Shown: positions 17,178-26,509, numbered from the stretch's first letter. The stretch: DNA of 32,000 nucleotides from Delftia acidovorans NBRC 14950 (GCF_001598795.1 NZ_BCZP01000009.1:1-32000), one strand, 5' to 3'. Numbers and translations are program-made. The notes: generated from the letters alone by a model not told the origin.

Positions 17178-19022
17178 ATGGCAATCATCGACATCAAGGT
17201 GCCCGACATCGGCGACTTCGCCGAAGTGGGCGTGATCGAACTGCTGGTCCAGCCCGGTGACACCGTCGCCAAGGACCAGTCCCTGATCACCGTGGAGTCC
17301 GACAAGGCCTCCATGGAGATCCCCTCCAGCCATGCCGGCGTGGTCAAGGAACTCAAGGTCAAGATCGGCGACAAGATCGCCGAAGGCGGCCTGATCCTGA
17401 CGCTGGAGGCCGCTGGCGAGGCGGCCGCCGCACCCCAGGCGGCAGCACCGGCCCCTGCAGCGGCGGCTCCAGCGCCTGCCGCTGCAGCGCCCGCAGCATC
17501 GGCTCCCGCTCCGGCCGCAGCCAGCTACGCCGGTGGCGCGGCCGATTACGACTGCGACGTGGTCGTGCTCGGCGGCGGTCCTGGCGGCTACTCGGCAGCC
17601 TTCCGTGCGGCCGATCTGGGCCTGAATGTGGTCATCGTCGAGCGCTACAAGAGCCTGGGCGGCGTCTGCCTGAACGTGGGCTGCATCCCGTCCAAGGCGC
17701 TGCTGCACGTGGCCGCCGTGGTGGACGAGGTCAAGCACCTGGAGGTGGCCGGCGTCAAGTTCGGCGCGCCCGAGGTCAACATCGACCAGCTGCGCGGACA
17801 CAAGGACAAGGTCATCGGCAAGCTGACCGGCGGCCTGGGCCAGATGGCCAAGATGCGCAAGGTCACCGTGGTGCGCGGCTACGGCAACTTCGTCGGCGCC
17901 AACCACCTGGAAGTGGAAGAGACCACGGGCGACGGCCAGGAAAAGACCGGCAGCAAGAAGATCGTGCAGTTCAAGCGCGCCATCATTGCCGCCGGCAGCC
18001 AGGCCGTGCACCTGCCCTTCATGCCCAAGGACCCGCGCGTGGTGGACTCCACCGGCGCGCTGGACCTGGCCAGCGTGCCCAAACGCATGCTGATCCTGGG
18101 CGGCGGCATCATCGGCCTGGAAATGGGCACCGTCTACTCCACGCTGGGCGCACGCCTGGACGTGGTGGAGATGATGGACGGCCTCATGCAGGGCGCCGAC
18201 CGCGACCTGGTCAAGGTCTGGCAGAAGATGAACGCGCCGCGCTTCGACAACATCATGGTCAACACCAAGACCGTGGGTGCCGAAGCCACGCCCGAAGGCA
18301 TCAAGGTCAGCTTTGCGCCTGCCAAGGACGGCATCACCGTGCCCGAGCCCCAGGTCTACGACCTGGTGCTGCAGGCCGTGGGCCGCACACCCAACGGCAA
18401 GAAGATCGCTGCCGAGAAGGCCGGCGTGGCCGTCACGGACCGCGGCTTCATCGAAGTCGATATCCAGATGCGCACCAATGTGCCCCACATCTTCGCCATC
18501 GGCGACGTGGTGGGCCAGCCCATGCTGGCGCACAAGGCTGTGCACGAGGCCCATGTGGCCGCCGAAGTCATCGCCGGTGAACTGCAGGGCAACAAGGAGC
18601 TGGCTGCCAGCGCCTTCAACGCCCGCGTGATCCCCAGCGTGGCCTACACCGACCCGGAAGTGGCGTGGGTGGGCCTGACCGAGGACCAGGCCAAGGCCCA
18701 GGGCATCAAGGTCAAGAAGGGTGTGTTCCCCTGGACGGCTTCGGGCCGCGCCATTGCCAATGGCCGCGACGAAGGCGTCACCAAGCTGCTGTTCGACGAC
18801 AGCCCCGAGGCGCACGGCCATGGCCGCATCCTGGGTGGCGGCATCGTCGGCACGCATGCGGGCGACATGATCGGCGAGATTGCGCTGGCCATCGAAATGG
18901 GTGCCGACGCCGTGGACATCGGCAAGACCATCCATCCCCACCCCACGCTGGGCGAAAGCCTGGGCATGGCGGCCGAGGTGGCGCACGGCTCCTGCACGGA
19001 CCTGCCGCCGCAGCGCAAGTAA
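17178..19022 (+). CDS. lpdA: Dihydrolipoyl dehydrogenase (E3) with an N-terminal lipoyl domain
   Basis: Residues 1-~77 form a lipoyl domain ([13 protein letters not shown]), followed by an Ala/Pro linker. Then come [17 protein letters not shown] (FAD), the redox disulfide [10 protein letters not shown], and the C-terminal HPHPTLGE. The RBS is ACGGAGG. Confidence 0.96.
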   Translation: MAIIDIKVPDIGDFAEVGVIELLVQPGDTVAKDQSLITVESDKASMEIPSSHAGVVKELKVKIGDKIAEGGLILTLEAAGEAAAAPQAAAPAPAAAAPAPAAAAPAASAPAPAAASYAGGAADYDCDVVVLGGGPGGYSAAFRAADLGLNVVIVERYKSLGGVCLNVGCIPSKALLHVAAVVDEVKHLEVAGVKFGAPEVNIDQLRGHKDKVIGKLTGGLGQMAKMRKVTVVRGYGNFVGANHLEVEETTGDGQEKTGSKKIVQFKRAIIAAGSQAVHLPFMPKDPRVVDSTGALDLASVPKRMLILGGGIIGLEMGTVYSTLGARLDVVEMMDGLMQGADRDLVKVWQKMNAPRFDNIMVNTKTVGAEATPEGIKVSFAPAKDGITVPEPQVYDLVLQAVGRTPNGKKIAAEKAGVAVTDRGFIEVDIQMRTNVPHIFAIGDVVGQPMLAHKAVHEAHVAAEVIAGELQGNKELAASAFNARVIPSVAYTDPEVAWVGLTEDQAKAQGIKVKKGVFPWTASGRAIANGRDEGVTKLLFDDSPEAHGHGRILGGGIVGTHAGDMIGEIALAIEMGADAVDIGKTIHPHPTLGESLGMAAEVAHGSCTDLPPQRK

Positions 19023-19054
19023 GCGCAAGGCCGGGCGTTCAGGCCCGGCAAGAA

Positions 19055-19082
19055 CAGAAAGGCAGCTTCGGCTGCCTTTCTG
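19055..19082. terminator. Hairpin terminator between convergent lpd and the LysR gene (preceded by a second 7 bp hairpin at 19030-19049)
   Basis: CAGAAAGGCAGC-TTCG-GCTGCCTTTCTG is a 12 bp perfect stem with a tetraloop, followed by CTTT. Confidence 0.75.
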
Positions 19083-19163
19083 CTTTGGGAGATGCAGACA
19101 AGGACACAGACATCAGTCCGAACACCGGTCCAGACACAGGCACGGCAAAGGGGACAGAGCTGT

Positions 19164-20093
19164 TCAGGCCTGGGCGCGCAGCCACTGCAGCAATTGGTCG
19201 TGCACACCATCTGGCGTGGGCGGAGCGGGGGACAGCAGGCAGTAGCGCGAACCGTCCTCGACAAAGCCCATGGGCGCTGCCAGCACGCCGTTGGCGACGT
19301 CGTCGCGCACCAGTTGCCAGGGTCCGATGGCCAGTCCCATGCCTGCCACGGCGGCCTGCAGGCTGAAATAGAAATGGTCGAACTGCAGCTGGGATCCCGA
19401 CGGCGGCGGCTGGCCGCTGTGCTCTGCCCATGTGGACCAGGCCCCCGGGCGGGTGCGGCTTTGCAGCAAGGGTGCCTCCGGGCGCAGCCCGGTGGCATGC
19501 CCCTCGTCGGAGCGCGTGCACCACTGCGCCAGCCGTTCGGGCCGGCAGACCGGGCCTATGCGCTCGGCAAACAGGGTCTCGGCATGACAGCCCGCTGGCG
19601 GAGAGAAGTCATCGCGTCGTATGGCCAGATCGATGCCGTCCGCGAAAGAGAAAGGCCCGCCGCCCGCCATCAGGTGCAGCTGCAACTCCGGGTGTTGTTC
19701 CTGGAACTGCGGCCAGCGCGGGATCAGCCAGCGCATGAGCAAGGTTGGCTCGCAGGACAGCACCCAGCGGCGCGCCTGCTGCGCGCGCGAGCGCAACTCC
19801 TGCGTGGCCTGGCGCATGCGCTCCAGGCCTTCGTGCACGGCCTGGGCCAGGTGGCGGCCCGCCTCGGTCAGGAAGACGCGGCGGCTGCGGCGGTCAAACA
19901 GGGTCACGCCCAGATCGTCCTCCAACAGGCGCACGGCCCGGCTGATGGCGCCATGGGTCAGGTGCAACTCTTCTGCCGCCTTGCTGAAGTTCTCCCGCCG
20001 GGCGGCCGCTTCGAAGCAGCGCAAGGCCTGCAGCGACGGCAGCCGCTTGCTCGGGGTATGTGAGTTGAGTTCACCAACTGTGTCAGAAAACAT
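19164..20093 (-). CDS. LysR-family transcriptional regulator (GcvA-like subgroup)
   Basis: ATG at 20093. The N-terminal HTH LPSLQALRCFEAAARRENFSKAAEELHLTHGAISRAVRLLEDDLGVTLFDRR resembles the GcvA family. It is divergent from a LysE exporter. Confidence 0.9.
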   Translation of the reverse strand: MFSDTVGELNSHTPSKRLPSLQALRCFEAAARRENFSKAAEELHLTHGAISRAVRLLEDDLGVTLFDRRSRRVFLTEAGRHLAQAVHEGLERMRQATQELRSRAQQARRWVLSCEPTLLMRWLIPRWPQFQEQHPELQLHLMAGGGPFSFADGIDLAIRRDDFSPPAGCHAETLFAERIGPVCRPERLAQWCTRSDEGHATGLRPEAPLLQSRTRPGAWSTWAEHSGQPPPSGSQLQFDHFYFSLQAAVAGMGLAIGPWQLVRDDVANGVLAAPMGFVEDGSRYCLLSPAPPTPDGVHDQLLQWLRAQA

Positions 20094-20158
20094 CGTTATG
20101 TATTTTCATGGAAGGCCAATACTATCCGGCGCGTTGCATTGAATCGAATGGATAACCG

Positions 20159-20776
20159 ATGACCGAATGGATAGCTGTAGTCACCATTACCCTGCTGGCC
20201 GTCATCAGCCCAGGGGCGGATTTCGCCATGGTCACACGCAACAGCCTGCTGCGCTCGCGCCGCGCGGGCCTGCTCACGGCGCTGGGCATTGGCCTGGGGG
20301 TGCTGGTCCATGTCGGCTATACCTTGCTCGGGGTCGGACTGCTCATGCAGCAATCCACCTGGTTGTTCGACGTGGTCAAGCTGCTGGGTGCAGCCTATCT
20401 GATCTATCTGGGCGTGACCATGCTGCGCAGCCGCCCGGAGGGCGATTTGCCCGGCCAGCCCGTGGCCGCGCTCTCCGACATGGCGGCACTGCGCATGGGC
20501 TTCCTGACGAATGCGCTCAATCCCAAGACCACGGTGTTCGTGGTCAGCCTGTTCTTGCAGATCGTGGGACAGGACACGCCGCTGGCCACGCAGCTGGCAT
20601 ATGGCGGATTCATCTCGCTGGCCCATGTGGCGTGGTTCTGCATCGTGGCGCTGTGCTTTTCGGCCCAGCGGGTGCGTGCACGGTTGCTGGCCGTGCGGCA
20701 TTGGATAGACAGGGCCTTTGGCGGCATGTTGGTGGGGTTTGGTTTGCTGCTGGCAACGGCCAAGCTGCGGCTGTGA
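20159..20776 (+). CDS. LysE/RhtB-family amino-acid (or derivative) exporter
   Basis: 205 aa with about 6 hydrophobic helices. The N-terminus ITLLAVISPGADF and the segment KLLGAAYLIYLG ... FLTNALNPKT are characteristic of the LysE/RhtB family. Confidence 0.88.
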   Translation: MTEWIAVVTITLLAVISPGADFAMVTRNSLLRSRRAGLLTALGIGLGVLVHVGYTLLGVGLLMQQSTWLFDVVKLLGAAYLIYLGVTMLRSRPEGDLPGQPVAALSDMAALRMGFLTNALNPKTTVFVVSLFLQIVGQDTPLATQLAYGGFISLAHVAWFCIVALCFSAQRVRARLLAVRHWIDRAFGGMLVGFGLLLATAKLRL

Positions 20777-20846
20777 TGTGGTGATGGTCTGACAGGAATT
20801 GGTGGGGGAGGACGGGCAAGCAGGCGGCTGCTGCCCGGCATGCAAG

Positions 20847-20878
20847 GCCTGCGAGGTGCCATCTGGTACCTCGCAGGC
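20847..20878 (+). terminator. Hairpin terminator after the LysE gene
   Basis: GCCTGCGAGGT ... ACCTCGCAGGC is an 11 bp perfect stem (extendable with G-U pairs), followed by TTGGCTGTTTCT. Confidence 0.6.
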
Positions 20879-20964
20879 TTGGCTGTTTCTGGCGAGTGTC
20901 AGGTTCGCCCGGCAAGCGGGCCGGCGTCCCAGTGGCTTGCGGTTCGACCCGGCACGGCAGGTGT

Positions 20965-21672
20965 TCATGGTGGGGGCGTGCCATCGTCTCCATGGTGAAC
21001 GCCGGCGCCAAGGCCTGCTCCCATGCCCAGGCCGCCCATGCCTGCGGCGCCCATTCCTGCACCACCCCCGCCGCCACCACCGCCCTTGCTCGAAGCGCCG
21101 GATTCCGCGCCACCTTTGCGCGCCCCGCCCGCCGTGCCGCCCGGACGCGTGGGGCCCTGGTTGGGAACGCGCAGGCTGTCGGGGATCGGCTCCAGATCCA
21201 GCGCTTCGCGGATGAAGGCGCGCAGCGAAGTGACGAGTGCCGCAGTCTCGACAGGCTGGCCTGCCACCATGTCCTGGGCCGCCTGGGCGGCCATGCGCAC
21301 TTGGTCCTGCGTCCCGAGCAAGATGACATCGGACAGCGCGGCTTCGACCGCATCGCGAATGCGCCGTTGGCGCTCGCTACCAAAAGCCGGTGGTGCAGCG
21401 GCATCGGCATCGTCGGCGGCGGGCCTGCGCAGATCGCGCAGGTGCAGGGGATTCACATGCAGCGTGCCCGTGAAAGAGCCGCCCAGCGTCTTGTAGGCGG
21501 CGATAAGCGACTTCAGGCGTTCATTGATCTGGCGGTTCTCACGCTCGCGCCGCTTTTGCACGGTCTGCATGAACAGCAGGCGAATGCCCATCATCAGGCA
21601 GGTGACCAGCAGCAGGCCCATTACCGTGGACAGCAGCGAAGACCAGGAGCTGAAATCTAGTGATGAGCGCAT
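20965..21672 (-). CDS. Hypothetical N-terminally membrane-anchored protein with a Gly/Met-rich C-terminal tail
   Basis: The ORF track starts at a TTG (21678), and the first ATG is at 21672. The protein has one TM (LLSTVMGLLLVTCLMMGIRLLF) and a charged helical segment (QKRRERENRQINERLKSLIAAYK). The tail reads SKGGGGGGGGAGMGAAGMGGLGMGAGLGAG. I recognise no family. The opposite-strand ORF 20896..21660 has shadow-ORF composition. Confidence 0.6.
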   Translation of the reverse strand: MRSSLDFSSWSSLLSTVMGLLLVTCLMMGIRLLFMQTVQKRRERENRQINERLKSLIAAYKTLGGSFTGTLHVNPLHLRDLRRPAADDADAAAPPAFGSERQRRIRDAVEAALSDVILLGTQDQVRMAAQAAQDMVAGQPVETAALVTSLRAFIREALDLEPIPDSLRVPNQGPTRPGGTAGGARKGGAESGASSKGGGGGGGGAGMGAAGMGGLGMGAGLGAGVHHGDDGTPPP

Positions 21673-21805
21673 GCGCAAGGCCTCGGGAGTTGATCCAGGC
21701 CTTCAGTGTGCCTCCATACAGACGGGTCGGCGGGTAAGAAGAGTGCTGTTTGCAGGCGCCGCTTGGCCTATGCTTTCGATACTTCACACATCAGCTACAG
21801 GGCGC

Positions 21806-23071
21806 ATGGCATACGCCCCCGGGAGACAGCATCCAGTGAAAACAACGAAGCAGGGGGTGCATCCCTCATGGATCATCGTGGCGGCCGGCGTCAGCGCGGC
21901 TCTGCATGTAGGCAAGCTGCCGCCGGCTGTGCCGGTGCTGCAGCAGCAATTGGGCCTGTCCCTGCTGCAGGCCGGCTTTCTGCTGTCCACCGTGCAGGTG
22001 GCCGGCATGGCGCTGGGCCTGGTGGTGGGTCTGGGTACAGACCGCTGGGGGCTGCGGCGCAGCATGCTGGCAGGCCTGCTGCTGATGGCGGGTGCCAGCG
22101 CCCTGGGCGCCACCGCTACGGGGTTTGCAGCGCTGCTGGCCTTGCGTGCCGTGGAGGGACTGGGCTTTTTGCTGGTGGCCATGCCGGGGCCGGGTCTGAT
22201 CCGGCGCTGCGTGGCGCCACGCGATCTGAGCGCGCGCATGGGATGGTGGGGTACCTATATGCCGTTGGGCAGTGCCATCGGCTTGCTGCTGGGGCCGTGG
22301 GTGATGGCCTGGGCATCTTGGCCCGCATGGTGGTTGCTGTTGGGGCTGATTTCGGCACTCGCATGGGTCGCCGTCTGGTGTGGCGTGCCGGCAGACAGGC
22401 CGGTGCCCCTTGGCACGTCGGTGGCGGGCGGTGGCTGGCGTCCTCGCCTGGCGTTGACCCTGCGCAGCCCCGGACCCTGGTGCGTGGCTGTGGCCTTTGC
22501 CGTGTATTCAGGGCAGTGGATGGCCGTCATCGGCTTTCTCCCCTCGGTCTATGCCGAGGCTGGCCTGGGCGCCGCATTGTCGGGCACTCTGACGGCCGTG
22601 GTGGCGCTGGCCAACATGGTGGGCAATGTGGCCTCGGGCCGTTTGCTCCAAGACGGCTGGAGCGCCACGCGCGCCTTGCGCCTGGGCTTTGGCTGCATGG
22701 CGGCGTGTGCGCTGCTGGCCTATCTGCAATGGCAGGGGCAACCGCTGGCGCCGTTGTGGCTGCGCTTTGTGGCGGTGGTGTTGTTTTCGGCGGCGGGCGG
22801 GCTGATTCCGGGCACGCTGTTTTCCATGGCAGTGCGGCTGGCCCCCGATGAGTCCACGGTATCGACCACGGTGGGTTTCATGCAGCAATGGTCCAGCGTG
22901 GGGCAGTTTGCAGGCCCGCCTCTGGTGGCGGCCGTGGCCGTGCACGCGGGCGGATGGCAGTGGACCTGGGTGGTGACGGCGGCCATGTGCGCCATCGGCT
23001 GGTGGCTGGCCGGCGCGATCGGGCGCATCAACTGCGCGGCTGCAGCGCCGCGCGGGCGCGCTGCAGTCTGA
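21806..23071 (+). CDS. MFS transporter (CynX/NimT-like)
   Basis: About 12 hydrophobic helices. The MFS signature between TM2 and TM3 is GLGTDRWGLRRSM. Start is uncertain: ATG 21806, or GTG 21836 with GGGAGA upstream. Confidence 0.85.
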   Translation: MAYAPGRQHPVKTTKQGVHPSWIIVAAGVSAALHVGKLPPAVPVLQQQLGLSLLQAGFLLSTVQVAGMALGLVVGLGTDRWGLRRSMLAGLLLMAGASALGATATGFAALLALRAVEGLGFLLVAMPGPGLIRRCVAPRDLSARMGWWGTYMPLGSAIGLLLGPWVMAWASWPAWWLLLGLISALAWVAVWCGVPADRPVPLGTSVAGGGWRPRLALTLRSPGPWCVAVAFAVYSGQWMAVIGFLPSVYAEAGLGAALSGTLTAVVALANMVGNVASGRLLQDGWSATRALRLGFGCMAACALLAYLQWQGQPLAPLWLRFVAVVLFSAAGGLIPGTLFSMAVRLAPDESTVSTTVGFMQQWSSVGQFAGPPLVAAVAVHAGGWQWTWVVTAAMCAIGWWLAGAIGRINCAAAAPRGRAAV

Positions 23072-24097
23072 TCACGCGTCGCGCGAGCCTATCAACGCCT
23101 TCAGGGCTTCTTCCATCTGCTGCGCATGGTCCAGCGCGGGCAGCCAGGCCTGGGGCACCGGCTGGGCGGGTGCCTGGGGTGCGGATGCGGCCAGTTGGGC
23201 CAGGGCGTCATCGGGCTGCAGGGCCACCACGTTGCCGTTGGCGGATAGCTGGCGGCAGGCATCGACCAGCCATTCACAGTGCAGCACGATGGCGCGCGGC
23301 ATGAGGCCACTGTCATGCGACATGCCGCGCACCAGGCTTTCGCCCAGCAGCAGCGCGCTGGCATACAGGCGCACGGCGTGGCGGTCATAGCGCCCGGTGA
23401 TGGTCTGCAGCCCCGCGCCTCCCAGGCGGCCGCGCAGGGACCAGCGGCTGGCGCTTTGCGCCTCCACCATGGCTGCGCGCAGTGCGCTCAGCGCATCGCT
23501 GCTGCGCGTGAGCTGGCCCAGCGCGACGGTGGCATCGGGCGTGTCGTGGGTGGCAGTGGCGCGCAGGGTGGCTTCCAGCCCCTCGGCCAGCTGGCCCAGC
23601 AAGGCGCTTGCCGAGCGCGACACGGCGCGCAGCGGATTGGCCGTGAAGATCACCTGGCTGAACATCAGGCCGACACCGGCGCCCACCAGTACGTCAACCA
23701 GCCGGGTCTCGCCCGCGGCGCTCGGCCCCATGCTCAGCACCAGCACGACGGAGACGCCCGCCTGTATCGGGACGACCGGCGGCTGTCCGAGCATGGCGGC
23801 CAGAGACAGGGCGACCAGCGAGGCCAGACTCAGCCGCAGCAGCGGAATGGTGTCGGGCAGCAGCCAAGCCAGTTCGCCGACGATGATGCCGATGGCGCAG
23901 CCCAGCACCAAGCCCCAGGTCTGCTTGAGATGGCTGGGCAGGCCGGGCGCCAGGCAGACCAGGGCGGTGACGGCGGCAAAGACGGGTTTGGGGTGGCCGA
24001 GCAGGTAGTGGGACAGCTCCCAGGCCAGCATCGCACCCAGGGAGGCGGCGATGGCGTCGCGAAGCGCCAGACGCAGGCGGCCGGGCGCAGCGGCCAT
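23072..24097 (-). CDS. FUSC/aromatic-acid-exporter-like membrane protein
   Basis: ORF 23072..24667 was trimmed to ATG 24097. MAAAPGRLRLALRDAIAASLGAMLAWELS is a typical FUSC-family N-terminus. It is followed by about 5 TM helices and a soluble helical C-terminal half. The upstream part of the ORF overlaps the EVE gene and looks non-coding. Confidence 0.75.
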   Translation of the reverse strand: MAAAPGRLRLALRDAIAASLGAMLAWELSHYLLGHPKPVFAAVTALVCLAPGLPSHLKQTWGLVLGCAIGIIVGELAWLLPDTIPLLRLSLASLVALSLAAMLGQPPVVPIQAGVSVVLVLSMGPSAAGETRLVDVLVGAGVGLMFSQVIFTANPLRAVSRSASALLGQLAEGLEATLRATATHDTPDATVALGQLTRSSDALSALRAAMVEAQSASRWSLRGRLGGAGLQTITGRYDRHAVRLYASALLLGESLVRGMSHDSGLMPRAIVLHCEWLVDACRQLSANGNVVALQPDDALAQLAASAPQAPAQPVPQAWLPALDHAQQMEEALKALIGSRDA

Positions 24098-24290
24098 GCC
24101 GCTCTTGGGTGTTCCAGGGGGTGTTTTTGCTTTTGCTTTTCGCCAACGCACGAAGATTCTCCCTCCAGCATGCGAAATCCAGGTTCGCAAATGCCCAAAA
24201 GCATAGCGGCCGGTCCAGGTCCGGCGTGCAGGAGAGAAGCTTCTTGCTTGTAAGAAAGCAGCCCGCGGTGGGGCGGGGCGGGTCGGCAGC

Positions 24291-24779
<489 letters not shown>

Positions 24780-24908
24780 GCCGCGATTGTGGCAAATCCC
24801 CGGGCGCCGTGGCGGCGTTCCGCGCACGCCGGCAAGAGCGCGCCGGTGACGGGACAATCGCCCTCAGCCGGGCACCTCTCCCCAGCCCGCGAACCACAGG
24901 AACCCTGC

Positions 24909-25748
24909 ATGACCGACAGCTCCACCTATGTCCCGCCCGCCGTATGGCAGCCAGCGCCTTCGGGCGGCACCTTTGCCAACATCAACCGCCCGGTCGCCGG
25001 TCCCACCCATGACAAGGCATTGCCGGTGGGGCAGCAGCCGCTGCAGCTGTATTCGCTGGCCACGCCCAACGGCGTGAAGGTCACCATCATGCTGGAGGAG
25101 CTGCTGGCGCTGGGCCATGCCGGCGCGGAGTACGACGCGTGGCTGATCCGCATCAGCGAAGGAGACCAGTTCTCCAGCGGCTTTGTCGAGGTCAATCCCA
25201 ACTCCAAGATCCCGGCGCTGGTGGACCGCAGCGTCGAGCCGCCGGTGCGCGTGTTCGAGTCAGGCTCCATCTTGCTGTACCTGGCCGAGAAGTTTGGTGC
25301 GCTGCTGCCTGCCGAGCCCGCTGCGCGCACCGAGACGCTGAACTGGCTGTTCTGGCAGATGGGATCGGCGCCTTACCTTGGCGGTGGTTTCGGGCATTTC
25401 TATGCCTATGCGCCCGAGAAGTTCGAGTACCCCATCAACCGCTTCACCATGGAGACCAAGCGCCAGCTCGATGTGCTCGATCGCCAGCTGGCCCTGCATC
25501 CGTTCATTGCGGGTGCGAACTACAGCATTGCCGATATCGCCATCTGGCCCTGGTATGGGGCCCTGGTGCTCAATGAGGTGTATGGCGCGGCCGAGTTCCT
25601 GTCAGCCCATGAATACACGCATGTCATGCGCTGGGCCAGGCAGATTGCCCAAAGGCCGGCCGTGCTGCGCGGCCGCCGCGTGAATCGTACCTGGGGAGAT
25701 GAAGCCACCCAGGTGCCCGAGCGCCACCAGGCGTCGGACCTGGGCTGA
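24909..25748 (+). CDS. yghU: Glutathione S-transferase, Nu class (YghU)
   Basis: ATG at 24909. It is near-collinear with E. coli YghU: GGTFANINRPVAGPTHDKALPVGQQPLQLYSLATPNGVKVTIMLEELLALG ... AEYDAWLIRISEGDQFSSGFVEVNPNSKIPAL ... GGGFGHFYAYAP. Confidence 0.95.
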   Translation: MTDSSTYVPPAVWQPAPSGGTFANINRPVAGPTHDKALPVGQQPLQLYSLATPNGVKVTIMLEELLALGHAGAEYDAWLIRISEGDQFSSGFVEVNPNSKIPALVDRSVEPPVRVFESGSILLYLAEKFGALLPAEPAARTETLNWLFWQMGSAPYLGGGFGHFYAYAPEKFEYPINRFTMETKRQLDVLDRQLALHPFIAGANYSIADIAIWPWYGALVLNEVYGAAEFLSAHEYTHVMRWARQIAQRPAVLRGRRVNRTWGDEATQVPERHQASDLG

Positions 25749-25755
25749 TAGCCGT

Positions 25756-26433
25756 CTACTGGGAGCGGCCCCAGGGGCCGCGATCGGGCTGGCGCCAGAA
25801 GCGCGGGCGCTTGCTGGAAGGCTCGGGGGCGGGCTCGGCGTCGCGCCCGTCCTTATCGGTCCTGTCGGCCTTTTTGGCCTTTTCCAATTGCTGACCTGTC
25901 TGCTCGACCTTGCGCGCCGTGCGATCCAGCCGCGAGGGAATGTCGAGTTCTGCATGCTCGACCACACGAATGCAGTCCTGGATATGCCGCTCGCCCAGAT
26001 AGCGCAGCGTGGCATAGCCCAGCGCTGCCGCTGCAGCCTGGCCTGCCAGTGGCACGTATTTGGCGGCCTGCGTGGCCGTCATGCGCATGCCGGCCGCGCG
26101 CGCCAGGCGCACCACCATGTCGCGCGTGATCAGCTTGCCGATCAGCACCGAGCCCACCATGGCCACGGCCTTTTGCACCTGCTCGCGCTTGCCGGGTTCC
26201 AGCTTGTCCAACTGTTCGGGTGTAAGGCCGAATTCGCGGTTGATGCGTGGCAGCAACCGCGCCAGCAGTGCCGCATCCACCAGCCAGTCCAGGCCCGGAA
26301 TGGGCAGGCTGCTGGCTGCTGCGCCGACCAGCGCACGCCGGTGCAGCAACTTGCGCGCGCTCTCGGCCGCTTGCTCCACATCGTGGCGCGGTGGTGGAGG
26401 GGGAGGGGTTTTGTCCGATGTGCGAAAGATCAT
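25756..26433 (-). CDS. Hypothetical protein, DUF697-like core with a highly charged C-terminal tail
   Basis: ATG at 26433, 225 aa. LPIPGLDWLVDAALLARLLPRINREFG and KYVPLAGQAAAAALGYATLRYLG resemble the two conserved blocks of DUF697 (family call from memory, unverified). There is an N-terminal PPPPPP run and a C-terminal segment KAKKADRTDKDGRDAEPAPEPSSKRPRFWRQ. No clear SD. Confidence 0.6.
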   Translation of the reverse strand: MIFRTSDKTPPPPPPRHDVEQAAESARKLLHRRALVGAAASSLPIPGLDWLVDAALLARLLPRINREFGLTPEQLDKLEPGKREQVQKAVAMVGSVLIGKLITRDMVVRLARAAGMRMTATQAAKYVPLAGQAAAAALGYATLRYLGERHIQDCIRVVEHAELDIPSRLDRTARKVEQTGQQLEKAKKADRTDKDGRDAEPAPEPSSKRPRFWRQPDRGPWGRSQ

Positions 26434-26464
26434 GCGTGCCAGTGAGGACGGGGCAGATGTCGAT

Positions 26465-26500
26465 CAAGAAAATGCGCCAGCCGGCGGATGCGGCTGGCGC
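26465..26500 (-). terminator. Rho-independent terminator of the GlsB/YeaQ gene
   Basis: 10 bp perfect stem GCGCCAGCCG / CGGCTGGCGC (26474-26500). On the minus strand it is followed by ATTTTCTTG. Confidence 0.75.
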
Positions 26501-26509
26501 GCAGGGTGG

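Noticed and set aside
12506-19028. Two enormous stop-free ORFs on the minus strand (972 aa at 12506..15424 and 1205 aa at 15411..19028), antisense to aceE, aceF and lpd.
   Set aside because: They mirror strongly supported plus-strand genes. Their translations are low-complexity and rich in Gly/Ala/Val/His/Arg/Asp/Leu, with no recognisable motifs. Long antisense open frames are expected when the sense strand has very high GC3. They have no independent RBS or promoter evidence.
19090-19160. Purine/CA-rich stretch with GACACAG repeated at 19103 and 19133, downstream of lpd and the LysR gene (possible sRNA or 3' UTR element).
   Set aside because: It is only a 7-mer repeated twice. There is no flanking promoter or terminator pair defining a discrete RNA, so I cannot support it from sequence alone.
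20935-20955. GGTTCGACCC motifs resembling a tRNA T-loop (also near 12681-12690), raising the possibility of tRNA fragments or att sites.
   Set aside because: The flanking bases do not form a T stem or any other cloverleaf arm. They have no similarity to the tRNA-Val 3' end found at the start of the window.
20896-21660. 254 aa plus-strand ORF overlapping the orphan Gly/Met-tail gene.
   Set aside because: Its translation is Arg/Ala/Gly/His/Gln-rich with several Cys residues and no hydrophobic core pattern. The minus-strand frame gives a sensible TM helix plus helical domain. The strand choice still rests on composition only, hence the moderate confidence for the minus-strand CDS.
23069-23074. 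The MFS gene stop (TGA 23069-23071) and the FUSC-like gene stop (TCA 23072-23074 on plus) abut with zero spacing. yghU and the DUF697-like gene are likewise only 7 nt apart tail to tail.
   Set aside because: Tight convergent packing without an intergenic terminator is common in compact high-GC genomes. It implies overlapping 3' UTRs but is not in itself unusual.
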